From a virus: a stretch of DNA of 64,000 nt. The DNA lies in the IMG/VR virus record IMGVR_UViG_3300044701_003563; one strand, 5' to 3'. Below the pieces are notes generated by a model. That model was not told the origin of the DNA. It did no database searches and worked only from the letters and a program-made list of their open reading frames with translations. Both the position numbers and the translations under genes were made by a program. This document shows, piece by piece, positions 1 through 10,500 of this stretch; position 1 is the stretch's first letter; each line of letters begins with the position of its first letter.

Positions 1-313
1 ATACTGATGGAGTTTCATTATCTCCATGATAACCTACCCAAGTTTTGACTACATGGTAAGATAATTTTGAATGATCAACTGAGAGTGTATCAAAATAACC
101 ATCAACATTCCTTTTCAATTCGGAAAAAAAATCGGAATAGTTTTCATTCAAATGTGCAAAAATTTTACCAGAGCATTCTGGACTTTCATGTACATATCCA
201 TTAAACCAATAATCACGAAGTTCATCAAGATATTTTTCTTTAAATTCTTTGTGTGTTCTAATTGTACCTTGATAAACAATTAGAGGACATACCTCATGAA
301 TTGTATTCTCCAT
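1..313 (-). CDS. Partial CDS running off the window; possibly a cyanophage 2OG-Fe(II) oxygenase-like protein
   Basis: Read manually: ATG at 313, MENTIHEVCPLIVYQG...YHVVKTWVGYHG..., open to position 1. It overlaps the stop of the upstream gene. The family guess rests on general resemblance only; catalytic residues would lie outside the window. Confidence 0.45.
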   Translation of the reverse strand, partial: MENTIHEVCPLIVYQGTIRTHKEFKEKYLDELRDYWFNGYVHESPECSGKIFAHLNENYSDFFSELKRNVDGYFDTLSVDHSKLSYHVVKTWVGYHGDNETPSV

Positions 314-956
314 CAAATATCAGACCTTCATTAATAGTACTACCACTATTATCTCCTGGATATGCCATTGGCGTCAACCCCTCATATTCTGAAATATTTT
401 TCTCAACATCAATTCGTTCTGCCATAATTTGATAGTAACAATTTATTGGTCCGCCCAAATTATTTTTAACAATTACTCTTGTTCCCCATTGGACTGCTTC
501 AACAAATAATTCTTGATATACACCAATCGGTGTTAAAGTAACATTTATAGTATCTAAATTAACTAATTTTGGCCAATAGTCGGGAAGTTTAATAACATTT
601 CCTTCTGCCAATTTTCCTTTAATATAAACATCAGCATCTGGACCTTCTAAACATACATGCCTTAATCTATGCCCATCTCTTGTTGGATGGGGAATATCAA
701 AACTTTTTTTAGCATTCCAAACGCAAGATCTTGATGATAATGTCCCACCACATCCATCAGTCCATCTCAAATCATTAACGAAAACTCTATCATGATAATA
801 TAATTGGCACCCATTGAAAACATCAAAACTTCTATTGTCATCCCCCGTATATGGAAGTAGAGGTCTTATAAAACTTCCATATGGTATTGCCCATATTTGT
901 TTTGGTCTGCAGTTCGGTTTTGCAACCGTTCTTGGAGTCATATTTGTTCCAGCCAT
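294..956 (-). CDS. Conserved cyanophage protein of the gp5 region (probable virion/baseplate-associated)
   Basis: Motif KSFDIPHP..RLRHVCLEGP..DVYIKG; paralogous to 959..1777; same operon as gp5. Confidence 0.6.
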   Translation of the reverse strand: MAGTNMTPRTVAKPNCRPKQIWAIPYGSFIRPLLPYTGDDNRSFDVFNGCQLYYHDRVFVNDLRWTDGCGGTLSSRSCVWNAKKSFDIPHPTRDGHRLRHVCLEGPDADVYIKGKLAEGNVIKLPDYWPKLVNLDTINVTLTPIGVYQELFVEAVQWGTRVIVKNNLGGPINCYYQIMAERIDVEKNISEYEGLTPMAYPGDNSGSTINEGLIFDGEYNS

Positions 957-958
957 AA

Positions 959-1777
959 TTATGCCCTCTTAAGATTAGTTGTTTGATCTTCACGTTGGTC
1001 GTAATTCCATCCAACAATAGAATATTCTGTATTGTCTCCTGGATAATCTTGGGGATTAAATCCTTTATATTCGGGGATTAATTTATCACCATCTTTTCTT
1101 TCACCATAAATGTGATAGAAGCAATTGATTGGCATACCTCCTTTTGATTGAAGATACACTTTATTCTCATCGATTCTTTTTACGATTACATCTTGATGGG
1201 CACCGATTGGAGTCAAATTTACAGTGATTGTTGTGTGATCAACTAACCCCCTCCAATATTCTGGTAATTCAATGTAATCTTTACTTGCAACTTTTCCTCT
1301 AATATAAACATCATTACTTGGACCTTCTGGGCAAGTATGTCTCAATCTCCATCCATTTTTTGTTGGATGTTTAATATCAAAATTCTTTTTCAACGATAGA
1401 ATGTGAGCACCGCACCTAGAAACAACTTCTCCCTGTGCTACTATATTAAATCCAGCACAAACATTTCCAGCTACATCAACGTTGCCAAAAAAACCAGAAT
1501 TTCCAATAGTTGCTAAAGAATATGGATTATTCAATGCTGGTCCACCCCAACATAAAGCACCTGGGGCAAAAGTAGGTGGAGAATCTAAATTTGTATTTGG
1601 ACCAATCATTACAGTTGCCCAAACATTTGGCCAAATAAAAGGATTTCCAAATACAGACGGACCCTCAATAAAACTAGAACCTCTAATTCTTGCTGGTCCC
1701 AACAATAAAGCTGGGGGATATCCAGCTCCCACATTCAATTGATGGGATGCTGTAATATCGTCTACTGCGTATGCCAT
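959..1777 (-). CDS. Conserved cyanophage protein of the gp5 region (probable virion/baseplate-associated)
   Basis: Motif KNFDIKHP..RLRHTCPEGP..DVYIRG; C-terminal half paralogous to 294..956. Confidence 0.6.
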   Translation of the reverse strand: MAYAVDDITASHQLNVGAGYPPALLLGPARIRGSSFIEGPSVFGNPFIWPNVWATVMIGPNTNLDSPPTFAPGALCWGGPALNNPYSLATIGNSGFFGNVDVAGNVCAGFNIVAQGEVVSRCGAHILSLKKNFDIKHPTKNGWRLRHTCPEGPSNDVYIRGKVASKDYIELPEYWRGLVDHTTITVNLTPIGAHQDVIVKRIDENKVYLQSKGGMPINCFYHIYGERKDGDKLIPEYKGFNPQDYPGDNTEYSIVGWNYDQREDQTTNLKRA

Positions 1778-1780
1778 AAA

Positions 1781-2458
1781 TTAACCAAAATAATTTTGCT
1801 TAAGTAACATTGTTAAAGTTGTAACTGGATTCAATTTATCAGGTTTAAATTGACATCCAGCTGTTAATCCAGATACGAAATTTCCAATAAAATTTAATGA
1901 AGTATTTGATGCTATATTAATAGATTTGGGGCAAAATATTGTTATTCCCTTTTGAGCCTTAACATCAAAGTTTCCAGTTTTAATATTTACCGATTCATTT
2001 GAATCAAGATTTATTGTTCCTCTTGTCAGATCTGGTCCTTCTGCTCTTATATCTATGTCCATTGCAGACATACGAATTCTGCCCTTAGGAGCACGAATAA
2101 TTATATCTCCATTTTCTGCCAGTAAGAAAAATCCAACTCCAGGCCAATCCCCACCTACAGCACTTGCACCAATTTTTCCAGCATGATCTGAAGCACACCA
2201 AATTTGATATGGACCAGGAGAACGATTTGATGTCCATCCTGGCCTTGCCCCGTCATTATCCATTGTCATATAATGCCTAGAGTCATGTGCTTGAAGCATC
2301 ACCCCAGAAGTTACGTCAGCATCAACTTTACTTCCACTTGCCAAATGGAGATGTCCAAATTCTATTTGACCATTTTTATTTCCATATACTAAATGATTCT
2401 GATTTGTTTTAGCTCCACTTTGAGATGTTTTCTTTTGCTCATTAATTTTTTTTGTCAT
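1781..2458 (-). CDS. Putative gp5 C-terminal-like beta-helix/spike fragment
   Basis: Short alternating beta-strand repeats (AENGDIIIRAPKGRIRMSAMDIDIRA, GTINLDSNESVNIK); translationally coupled to gp5. Confidence 0.5.
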   Translation of the reverse strand: MTKKINEQKKTSQSGAKTNQNHLVYGNKNGQIEFGHLHLASGSKVDADVTSGVMLQAHDSRHYMTMDNDGARPGWTSNRSPGPYQIWCASDHAGKIGASAVGGDWPGVGFFLLAENGDIIIRAPKGRIRMSAMDIDIRAEGPDLTRGTINLDSNESVNIKTGNFDVKAQKGITIFCPKSINIASNTSLNFIGNFVSGLTAGCQFKPDKLNPVTTLTMLLKQNYFG

Positions 2459-5400
2459 TAAGGTCTCCTAGAAATTTTTCCTACACAATCTATAATTTGG
2501 ATCAAAGACACATTGGGATCTGTTCCAATTCTTTCGTCAGTTAATTCATTTAGATCATTACCAATTCTCTTAACTCCAAATATTGGCTTAATAACTGCAT
2601 TAATTCCAGTATTGGATCTAATAAAGATTTTAGGTACACTTGTAAATCCTATTCCTGGATTTACAATATTTACCGATTCAAGTCTTCCAAACTTATCATA
2701 TTTCGGTTCTAATATAGAACCAGAATTTGGTTGCAATTCAATTTTATCATTTGCTGAATAATTAATTCCAGGATTTGCTATTAAAACATCATTTAATATC
2801 AAAACGACAGGATAAGATCCATCACTAGAAGATGGATTAGTGATTTGATTACTTAAATCAACTATATTTGTATTTGGTGTAGTTATCAGTCCATTGTTTT
2901 GGATTGTTATCCCCGTTTCTTGTCCAAATCCAGTTAATGATTGAAGTTCATTGCCTTCATTATCATATACTCCAGCAAGTGTTCCTGTTGGTAAATATGC
3001 CACATTTCCAACAAGAACAGGAATTGTAGTATTTGGTGGATAAACACTATATCCACTATTTTCATCGAATATTATTGTATCTTCTGGATTTGAAAACTTA
3101 ACCCCATCGGCATAAATGGATCCATCTGGTGCTGGCAAATAACCAACTCCAGGATCTATAACAACAACTTCCTGGATCGGAGAACCATCTGGACCAGAAA
3201 AAGTTCCTGGAACACTTACTCCACCAGCAGATGATCCCAAATCTTCTGCTGATCTTATTACGCCCGCATTAGAATTTAATGGGACTCCATTTGCGACTGC
3301 AGGAGAATTTAAAGAATTTGCTCCTGCGACTAAAGGTATTCCAGAATTTCCACTACAGACATTTATTCCAGCAACTTGTACAGGATATCCCCCAGAAGTT
3401 GCTAAATTGCCAGTGCATTGTAAATCTACTCTAAGTATAGTTCCGCCATTTCCACCGACTGTGGCGAGTTCTCCATTTAAAATGACGGGAACCCCATTTA
3501 CAGTGACTGGAGATCCAGAGGTGGCTCCAATTTTTACAAATGATACTGCTGTTATATTTCCATTTGGTGTTGTTATTGACCCAGTTCCATCTGGATTAGA
3601 TTCAATTTTAGTTCCATTTGGCAATGTAGTAATATTTTTTCCAAATTGATCTTCAGAATTTGGAGAATTATTTAACAAATTTGAGATATTTTTTACGTCG
3701 GCAGTAAATATTCCCTCACCAACAAATCTACTGTTTATAACCTGACCAGTTCCTTTGAAAGAACCTTGACCAGAACCAACTAATAAAGTATCGAATCCAC
3801 TAAAGGATCCACCTAAACTAAAATCTTGACCCAAATTAGTTTTTCCATTTAATGTTCCATTGCCTTTGAAAGATCCATTTTCATATGTGCCTCTTCCATT
3901 AAATTCTCCAGTATATGGACCTTGCAAAATAACAATATTTTCTACGCCTTCAAATAATGGTATATCTACACTTGCTATTATATTTTGATTGTTTGTCAGT
4001 CCTTGAAGTTGAGATCCTCCATTACCTCCAACATTAACTGGTGTTCCTCCAGTTCCACCGAGAACTAAAGGTCCAGCATTTGTAATGACTGGAGTTCCAT
4101 CACCACCTACAAATAATGAAAACCCAGTTCCTCCATCAGTCACAGGTCTTTGATTATATGTTAATGGATTTCCCCCAGATCCCCCAACGGTAATAGGAGT
4201 TCCGCCATTTCCCCCAACATTTACTGGGACATTTGAATATGTTAAAGGTTCTCCAGTCCCTAAAGGAGTTGCTCCAGATGGAGGTGAAATTGGATTTACT
4301 GTAAAAGTTGGCAGGGTTGATTTTGAATTTATCTTTAAAGGAACATCCCTTACAGTAGGTTCTGTTTGTGTATTTGCAGAATCTGGATTTCTACTAGTTT
4401 CTCCACCAGTTCCTCCAAAAAACGTATTATCATTCTCTAATCTTGCATATAAAACGGTTCCACTTCCAGGACCATCATCACTTAATACTACAGTTGGTGA
4501 TGATGTATATCCTGTTCCCCCATCAATAATATCTACTCCCAATATTTCTCCCTGTGGGCTAATAATTGGATTTCCAATCGCACCAATTCCACCACCACCT
4601 ATAAACTTAACTTTTGGTGGTTTTGCTTTCTTTGGTTTTTTGGAGTTTGCAAGACATGCTGATACACCACCAGTTACTCCACCACTAAATGCGTTTAATT
4701 GTATTATGTTACTTAGATTTGGTATGCTAATATTACTAGATGAATCACCATACCAAAAACTCCAACCATCTCCAGCACTACAATCAGCATCTTCATCACA
4801 AGTCAAAAATGCAATGATTCCCAAAATCGAACTCAGTGCATTAAATATTCCACTCATTATTCCACTAAGGCCCCCCAAAATAGATCCCAAAACATCACCT
4901 ATTTGAGAAAGAGCATTTGCTATTGGGCCCAATATTCCGCCCAATAAACTTCCCATAAATGACTCAATTAAACATTGTGCGGTATCCATGGCCTTGCCAA
5001 GAAGACCATTTAAGAGTTTAAATACTGCACCCAAAAGACCTTTAATTATCTTATTAAAAACACATGCTAAGATATCAACAACTACTTGAGCACCTTCATT
5101 AGCTGCTGGTGTTAAGTTTGGGGGAAGATTTGCTTGGATTAAAATTAAAGTTTTATTGAGAATATTTTCTGCAAATCCTCTCATTTTATCAATAATGCCT
5201 TTCATGAGATCAGTTACTAATAATGCGACATCTTCGATAAGTGAATTGATGCCATTTATTACATCAGAAACTGCTCCAGCAAAAGTATCTGCAGCTGCTT
5301 TTATCTTATTAATAAGTGCCTGAACATCCTTTATAACTTTTTGAATTGCAGAAAGAGCACCTCCCGATTTTGCATCACATGCATATGTTTTTGGAAGATA

Positions 5401-5997
5401 ATGAGTTCGTTGTTCTTTTAAAATGTCAATATCTCTAACATCCAATACATAATTTCCTCCAGCAGATTCACTAAAAGGAACTCCCGCGTCTGGACCTTCT
5501 CCTAATAAATTTTTAGTGGCAACATCATCGGATCCATTTCTTCCAACAAATCCAGTTCTTGAGAAAAATCCTTTATCTGGATCTCCACCAAAAAGTCTTG
5601 TCTGTGCATGATTTGGCAGCAATCCAAATATAATGGGCTCTGTTGCTTCTACACCATCTTTGTAAAAACCAAATACATAATTTCCTTGTCTTAAATTTGG
5701 AGTTTGGACAGACCCCCCATGACCACTTCCAGCAGTTACTGGAAGTGAGACTTCTGCCATATAAAGCTCTTCATCTGGAGTTCCTTTTTCTTTATCCTCC
5801 AAATCTCTACCAAAAATTCTTACTTTATACCTATATCCATAACCTTGAAAATCATCTCTAGATCTAAGGCTATGTTTTCCATCTTCTCTAGCAAGATTCT
5901 CAACCCATGTAGATTCGTCAACTATTTGACCAAACCACATGTAAGTCAAATTCACTCCACTTGAATCGGAATTAAATAAAGTTCCTTGTCCTGACAT
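2458..5997 (-). CDS. gp5: Baseplate hub/spike protein gp5 (N-terminal OB-fold)
   Basis: WFGQIVD...YRYKVRIFG...AEVSLPVTAGSG...VFGFYKDG..PIIFG is typical of the gp5 OB domain; the rest has Gly-rich and 'DGGTGY/NPGIGY' repeats. Confidence 0.8.
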   Translation of the reverse strand: MSGQGTLFNSDSSGVNLTYMWFGQIVDESTWVENLAREDGKHSLRSRDDFQGYGYRYKVRIFGRDLEDKEKGTPDEELYMAEVSLPVTAGSGHGGSVQTPNLRQGNYVFGFYKDGVEATEPIIFGLLPNHAQTRLFGGDPDKGFFSRTGFVGRNGSDDVATKNLLGEGPDAGVPFSESAGGNYVLDVRDIDILKEQRTHYLPKTYACDAKSGGALSAIQKVIKDVQALINKIKAAADTFAGAVSDVINGINSLIEDVALLVTDLMKGIIDKMRGFAENILNKTLILIQANLPPNLTPAANEGAQVVVDILACVFNKIIKGLLGAVFKLLNGLLGKAMDTAQCLIESFMGSLLGGILGPIANALSQIGDVLGSILGGLSGIMSGIFNALSSILGIIAFLTCDEDADCSAGDGWSFWYGDSSSNISIPNLSNIIQLNAFSGGVTGGVSACLANSKKPKKAKPPKVKFIGGGGIGAIGNPIISPQGEILGVDIIDGGTGYTSSPTVVLSDDGPGSGTVLYARLENDNTFFGGTGGETSRNPDSANTQTEPTVRDVPLKINSKSTLPTFTVNPISPPSGATPLGTGEPLTYSNVPVNVGGNGGTPITVGGSGGNPLTYNQRPVTDGGTGFSLFVGGDGTPVITNAGPLVLGGTGGTPVNVGGNGGSQLQGLTNNQNIIASVDIPLFEGVENIVILQGPYTGEFNGRGTYENGSFKGNGTLNGKTNLGQDFSLGGSFSGFDTLLVGSGQGSFKGTGQVINSRFVGEGIFTADVKNISNLLNNSPNSEDQFGKNITTLPNGTKIESNPDGTGSITTPNGNITAVSFVKIGATSGSPVTVNGVPVILNGELATVGGNGGTILRVDLQCTGNLATSGGYPVQVAGINVCSGNSGIPLVAGANSLNSPAVANGVPLNSNAGVIRSAEDLGSSAGGVSVPGTFSGPDGSPIQEVVVIDPGVGYLPAPDGSIYADGVKFSNPEDTIIFDENSGYSVYPPNTTIPVLVGNVAYLPTGTLAGVYDNEGNELQSLTGFGQETGITIQNNGLITTPNTNIVDLSNQITNPSSSDGSYPVVLILNDVLIANPGINYSANDKIELQPNSGSILEPKYDKFGRLESVNIVNPGIGFTSVPKIFIRSNTGINAVIKPIFGVKRIGNDLNELTDERIGTDPNVSLIQIIDCVGKISRRP

Positions 5998-6002
5998 AAA
6001 GA

Positions 6003-6215
6003 TTAATCTTCGTAAATTCTACACTCTAAAGCATCTGGATTTGAATCACAATATAATTCAAGAGATGATGGATCGTGATGATCTTCTGGATGTCTTTCAT
6101 GATACATCTCTAATTGCTCCAATTCACCTTCAATATGCCTGCGAGTTTGAGGTGAAGTCGTGGGATTATCAAGAATATCTTTGTCTACTTCAATGTGCTT
6201 TTCTATGCTTTCCAT
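6003..6215 (-). CDS. cp12: CP12 Calvin-cycle inhibitor (phage type)
   Basis: C-terminal LELYCDSNPDALECRIYED CP12 signature with Cys pair; AGGAG RBS upstream. Confidence 0.92.
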   Translation of the reverse strand: MESIEKHIEVDKDILDNPTTSPQTRRHIEGELEQLEMYHERHPEDHHDPSSLELYCDSNPDALECRIYED

Positions 6216-6233
6216 AAGATTCCTCCTTAGTTA

Positions 6234-7574
6234 CTATTTTCTGTAAATTGTATCTCTAACTAAATGCAAACCCGTCCACGATCCCTTATCTGTAATTCTA
6301 TGACAAAGATCCATTATCATATATAGTCCACTTTTATTCTTACTTGGCCTTTGTGTTTTTGAATCCCCAATTTCTGGGAAATCGCAAAAAATCATATCTC
6401 CCACATGTAAAGTCAAATCTATTGCTATAGTTATATCTAATCTTATCGTTCCTAATTGATTATATCTATTTGTTGACTGCCTCAATATTTCATCCATGTC
6501 GAAATTAATTTCTTTGGATTCTTTTTTCTGTTCCCCCCAAGTCCTTCCCGTTGGCAAAGTTCCAGTATCAAACATTTTACTAGAATATCTTGTAACATTA
6601 TTTTGGAAATTTATATCAGTTGCAATTTTCCAAAATTCTTTACCACCATTATTAACTATAAGATTTTGTGCCTTGTAATCGAAATCATCCTTTGAATATT
6701 TGTTCTTAAAAGGTTCAAAAGTTTCTAAATTACGTTTAAATAAAGATCCAGAAACTAAATGATCATCTAAATCTATACTTGTTTTCTCTACGTGATTGAT
6801 AATTTTTGCATCATATCCATTAGGAATTTCATTCGTATTTGATAAAATAAATTTCTTCACTGGAGCCTGAGAAAATAATATGTCTACGGATTTAAAATAA
6901 TATCCTCCAGCATTACGAACATTATCATTAGCAATTTCATAAAATAAATATCCCGCCAATATTCCTTGCCCTCCAATTCCTTCAGGGACAGTTCTTTTAC
7001 ATAACCAAGTTACTTTATGAAATGGCTTTTCATTCCCACCTAAAAAATTAAAATCATTTTTTGACGCATCTGTGTATATTGATTTTTTTGTTCCTAATAC
7101 ATCTTTCAGAATCGTAAATACATTATCAGATATTTTTCGTTCATATTTTTTTACAACTCTTTTATCAATTAAATGATTATCCATAGATTCTTTTGAATAA
7201 AACCATGTATTAACAGAAGTCATAGTTGTACTTCCACCATTCATGGCTTCTCTAGAATTATTAGAAGTTCTTAATTGATAGTCACCTTTAAAAATTAATT
7301 TTATAATTTTACCATCTAAAAATTGCCTTACTACAAGTTCAGTTTTTTCCCCAACACTGTTATTGAATCCAGATTCACTTAATGCCTTCCCCCCACCATA
7401 ACCAGTATCAATATATGCTACATTAACTCTAACTGTGCTATCAAGCAAACTTTCATATATTGCTAAGGAAATTACTCCTTCTCTAATGTCTACACTTTTT
7501 CCAGAATAATTTGAAGTTATATCAAATACATCTATTTGACATTCTCCACCCTGAGCAGCTGCATTTACTCCCAT
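6234..7574 (-). CDS. Baseplate hub protein (gp27-like)
   Basis: Lies between the tape-measure-like genes and gp5; motifs IYESL, YLFYE..GYYFKSVD, SGLYMIMDLCH.I...LVRD. Confidence 0.6.
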   Translation of the reverse strand: MGVNAAAQGGECQIDVFDITSNYSGKSVDIREGVISLAIYESLLDSTVRVNVAYIDTGYGGGKALSESGFNNSVGEKTELVVRQFLDGKIIKLIFKGDYQLRTSNNSREAMNGGSTTMTSVNTWFYSKESMDNHLIDKRVVKKYERKISDNVFTILKDVLGTKKSIYTDASKNDFNFLGGNEKPFHKVTWLCKRTVPEGIGGQGILAGYLFYEIANDNVRNAGGYYFKSVDILFSQAPVKKFILSNTNEIPNGYDAKIINHVEKTSIDLDDHLVSGSLFKRNLETFEPFKNKYSKDDFDYKAQNLIVNNGGKEFWKIATDINFQNNVTRYSSKMFDTGTLPTGRTWGEQKKESKEINFDMDEILRQSTNRYNQLGTIRLDITIAIDLTLHVGDMIFCDFPEIGDSKTQRPSKNKSGLYMIMDLCHRITDKGSWTGLHLVRDTIYRK

Positions 7575-7575
7575 T

Positions 7576-10500
7576 TTACTGTCTTCTTAAATTATAAGAG
7601 TTGTCTGTTTGTTCAGGTTTTGCTCCTGATGATACTTTCATTTGCCCTCTAGAAGTATTCTGCTGTGGGACTGTAATATATTTAATCTTTTCTTGATAAT
7701 ATACTGTTCCAGATTCAAATGGATTTTCATAGTCTGCAAATTTATTTATTTGCTTTTCTTTAATATTAGATGATCCTATTTGACCACCACCCTGCGCCTT
7801 TACAATTTTTGGTTTGCCCGATGGTTTTGCTGCAGATGGTTTTTTGGATTTATTTCCAAATCCGAAGAAAGATGAAACCGATGAAGCAATGCTAGAAACA
7901 AGATTTCCTCCTGCCTTTTGTGCTTTAGCAATAGGACTTTTCTTTTCTTCTTTTGCTTTTTTCTTTGCAATTTCTGCTTGTGCTTTTTTCTCTTCCCTTC
8001 TTCTTGCAGTTATTCTTGCACCTTCACCACCTAATAAAGAATTAACAAACTTGTCAAAAATTGGACCAGGATCACCACCATCAACTGCATTAACATGGAA
8101 AGATACGTGATCATAGACACCACCCTGCATACTGTCACTAGATCCAGAAGCACCCTGCCATCCAACAACTGTTCCTGCTGGGATTTTTTCACCATTTTTA
8201 AATTTCTTAAATGGTTTATTTCCATGTCCCATCATAACTTCAAACATTTTTCCAGTTCTTGGGTCCTTATAAAAATAAGATCCAACATTTCCAAATCCAG
8301 CAGAACCTTCTGCACCTTTATAAACTCTTCTTTGAGTGCCATCAACATCTATAGATTTCCTTCCAGCATTTCTTCCTCCTGGAATTTTATCTAAGTAGAC
8401 CAATTCATATGGGAAAGAAATTTCTACACCTCTATTTCCATATGGCCCACTCTTATCATTATCGCCAAAGCTTTTTCCAATTTCACCTCTTCTTCCAAAC
8501 AATTCAAGGTCAGCACCAGTATCTTGACCATCGGTATTTGGAACTCCTAATCTTCCATATCTTTTATCCTTTGTTGATCCTGCAATCTGCTGATCCTTTT
8601 CAATGTCACCAGGATCTCCACCAGCTTCTGTGGGTCTTTCTCCATCCTTTGATTTTTCATCTCTTTCAAGTTTTGCTATTGCATTTGGACTTGCATCAAA
8701 TCCTTGCAACCTGCCACTTTTTCCAGTTCTTATAATTTTTGCTTCGTCACTTCTTCTCCATTGATTAATTCCCTTATCATGGCGTCCCAATCTATTTTCA
8801 ATATAATCAGCGAGTTCAGTGTAATCTCCTTTAGCCAATCCAGATTTAACTCTTTCAGAAACACCAGATGGAAGGCTTCCATAATTAAATGCTATTGACA
8901 TAAGAGGAATTCTAACATGTGCTGGAAGTTTATCTAAAGATTCTTTGCCCAATTGTTGAACAACTCTATCTTTATGCCTTTCCATATCATGTTTTTTCAA
9001 TGCATATGCTTGCTCTTTTGTAATTTTATCCCCTGCCTTTACTGGTCTTCCATTTATTTTTGTAGCACCAAATCCAATTGTCGGAACCCCCCATCCATAA
9101 ATTGCATCTGGATATGCTTCAAGTCTAAGACCTTCATAACTTCCAAGTATATCTAAAGTTAAATCTTCTTCACCTTTTGATCCTGGTTTTGATTTTGATG
9201 GTTTTCCAGGTATCAATGTCTCAGTTGGCTCTGCTTCAATGTCTACTGGATCATTCCCAGGAGGGGCACCACCTCCCCCTCCACCACCAGAAGGGGCACC
9301 ACCTCCCCCTCCACCACCACTTCCGCCTCCCCGAGAAGGAGACGTACTGTAATCAGTTACAGAATCAATTGTAGAGTCTGAAGACATTGTTGCTAAAGTA
9401 TCTCCCCCAGAATCTTTATCATCACCTTTATAATCAAAGTGACCTCCATGAGATCCTGGGTAATCATTAACTATCCAACCATATGTCTTTCCATGTCTTC
9501 TCATCCATGGTTCTGATGTTCCATGAATATCTAAAGCGTTCCCTCCAAGATGATTTGAATTTGGAACTCCACCAACTTTCCTATTATGAGCAACACTTCT
9601 TTTTCCACTTGCAACGTCAGATCCCTTTACAGCACCTTTTGAGTCCTGCATCATTTCACCAAATGCTTTTATTCCACCCTTAGAAAGAATTAAAGGTCTT
9701 CCATTACCATCAGTAACTCCTTTAATTGCAAATCCTCTTCCCGTTTGGGGGTGACTTGCTGGGATTACTTTTACTCTTTGATTCTTATCATCTTCTTTTT
9801 CATCTTCCTTCTCATCTTCTTTTTCTGCCTTTGATTCTTCATTTTTGATAGCTAACTCAAGATTTGACGATGTTTCTTTTGATGAACTTGGATTGGAAGA
9901 ATCAATTTCTTCTGCATGTTTTTCATCTGGATAATGCTGACTTAAATATGCTCCTCCTCTTGTTGTTTCTTGTATCCTTGAGATTAAATCTGGAGCGATT
10001 TTATTTAGAGAAATTTTATTTTCAATTGAGTTAAGGGATTTAAAAAAATCAATTCCCAAAAGATTAACACTATCTTTATCTACGACAAACTCACCTTCAT
10101 GAAGTTGATAAGTTCCTTCCTTGGAAACAAAACTACCATGGAATGCAGATTTTAAAATATTAGTTGGATTTATTAATTTGTTATCTTGATATGCTTGGAA
10201 ATGCAAATGAGTTTGCATAAAATCAGGAGCGGATCCCAGTGGTATCAACTTACCAAGTTTTTGACCCGATTGGACTGTATCTCCTGGTTTTAATCCAGGT
10301 GTCATGTGCAAGTATGTTACTTTTAATCCACCTCCATGATCAATCGATAAGTTTGATGTATATCCAGACCTTTGATATGGATAATCTGGGGTAGAATTAA
10401 TTACTTTTCCAGATCTATATGCAACTACTGGTATTTTAGGATCACCATAAGGTGGATTTTCAACAACATCAACTCCAGCATGTGGTCCATAAGATCTTGG

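Noticed and set aside
9262-9320. 30-bp-period G-rich duplication with G-quadruplex potential
   Set aside because: Explained by a duplicated Gly-rich linker (GGGGGGAP); nothing suggests a regulatory role.
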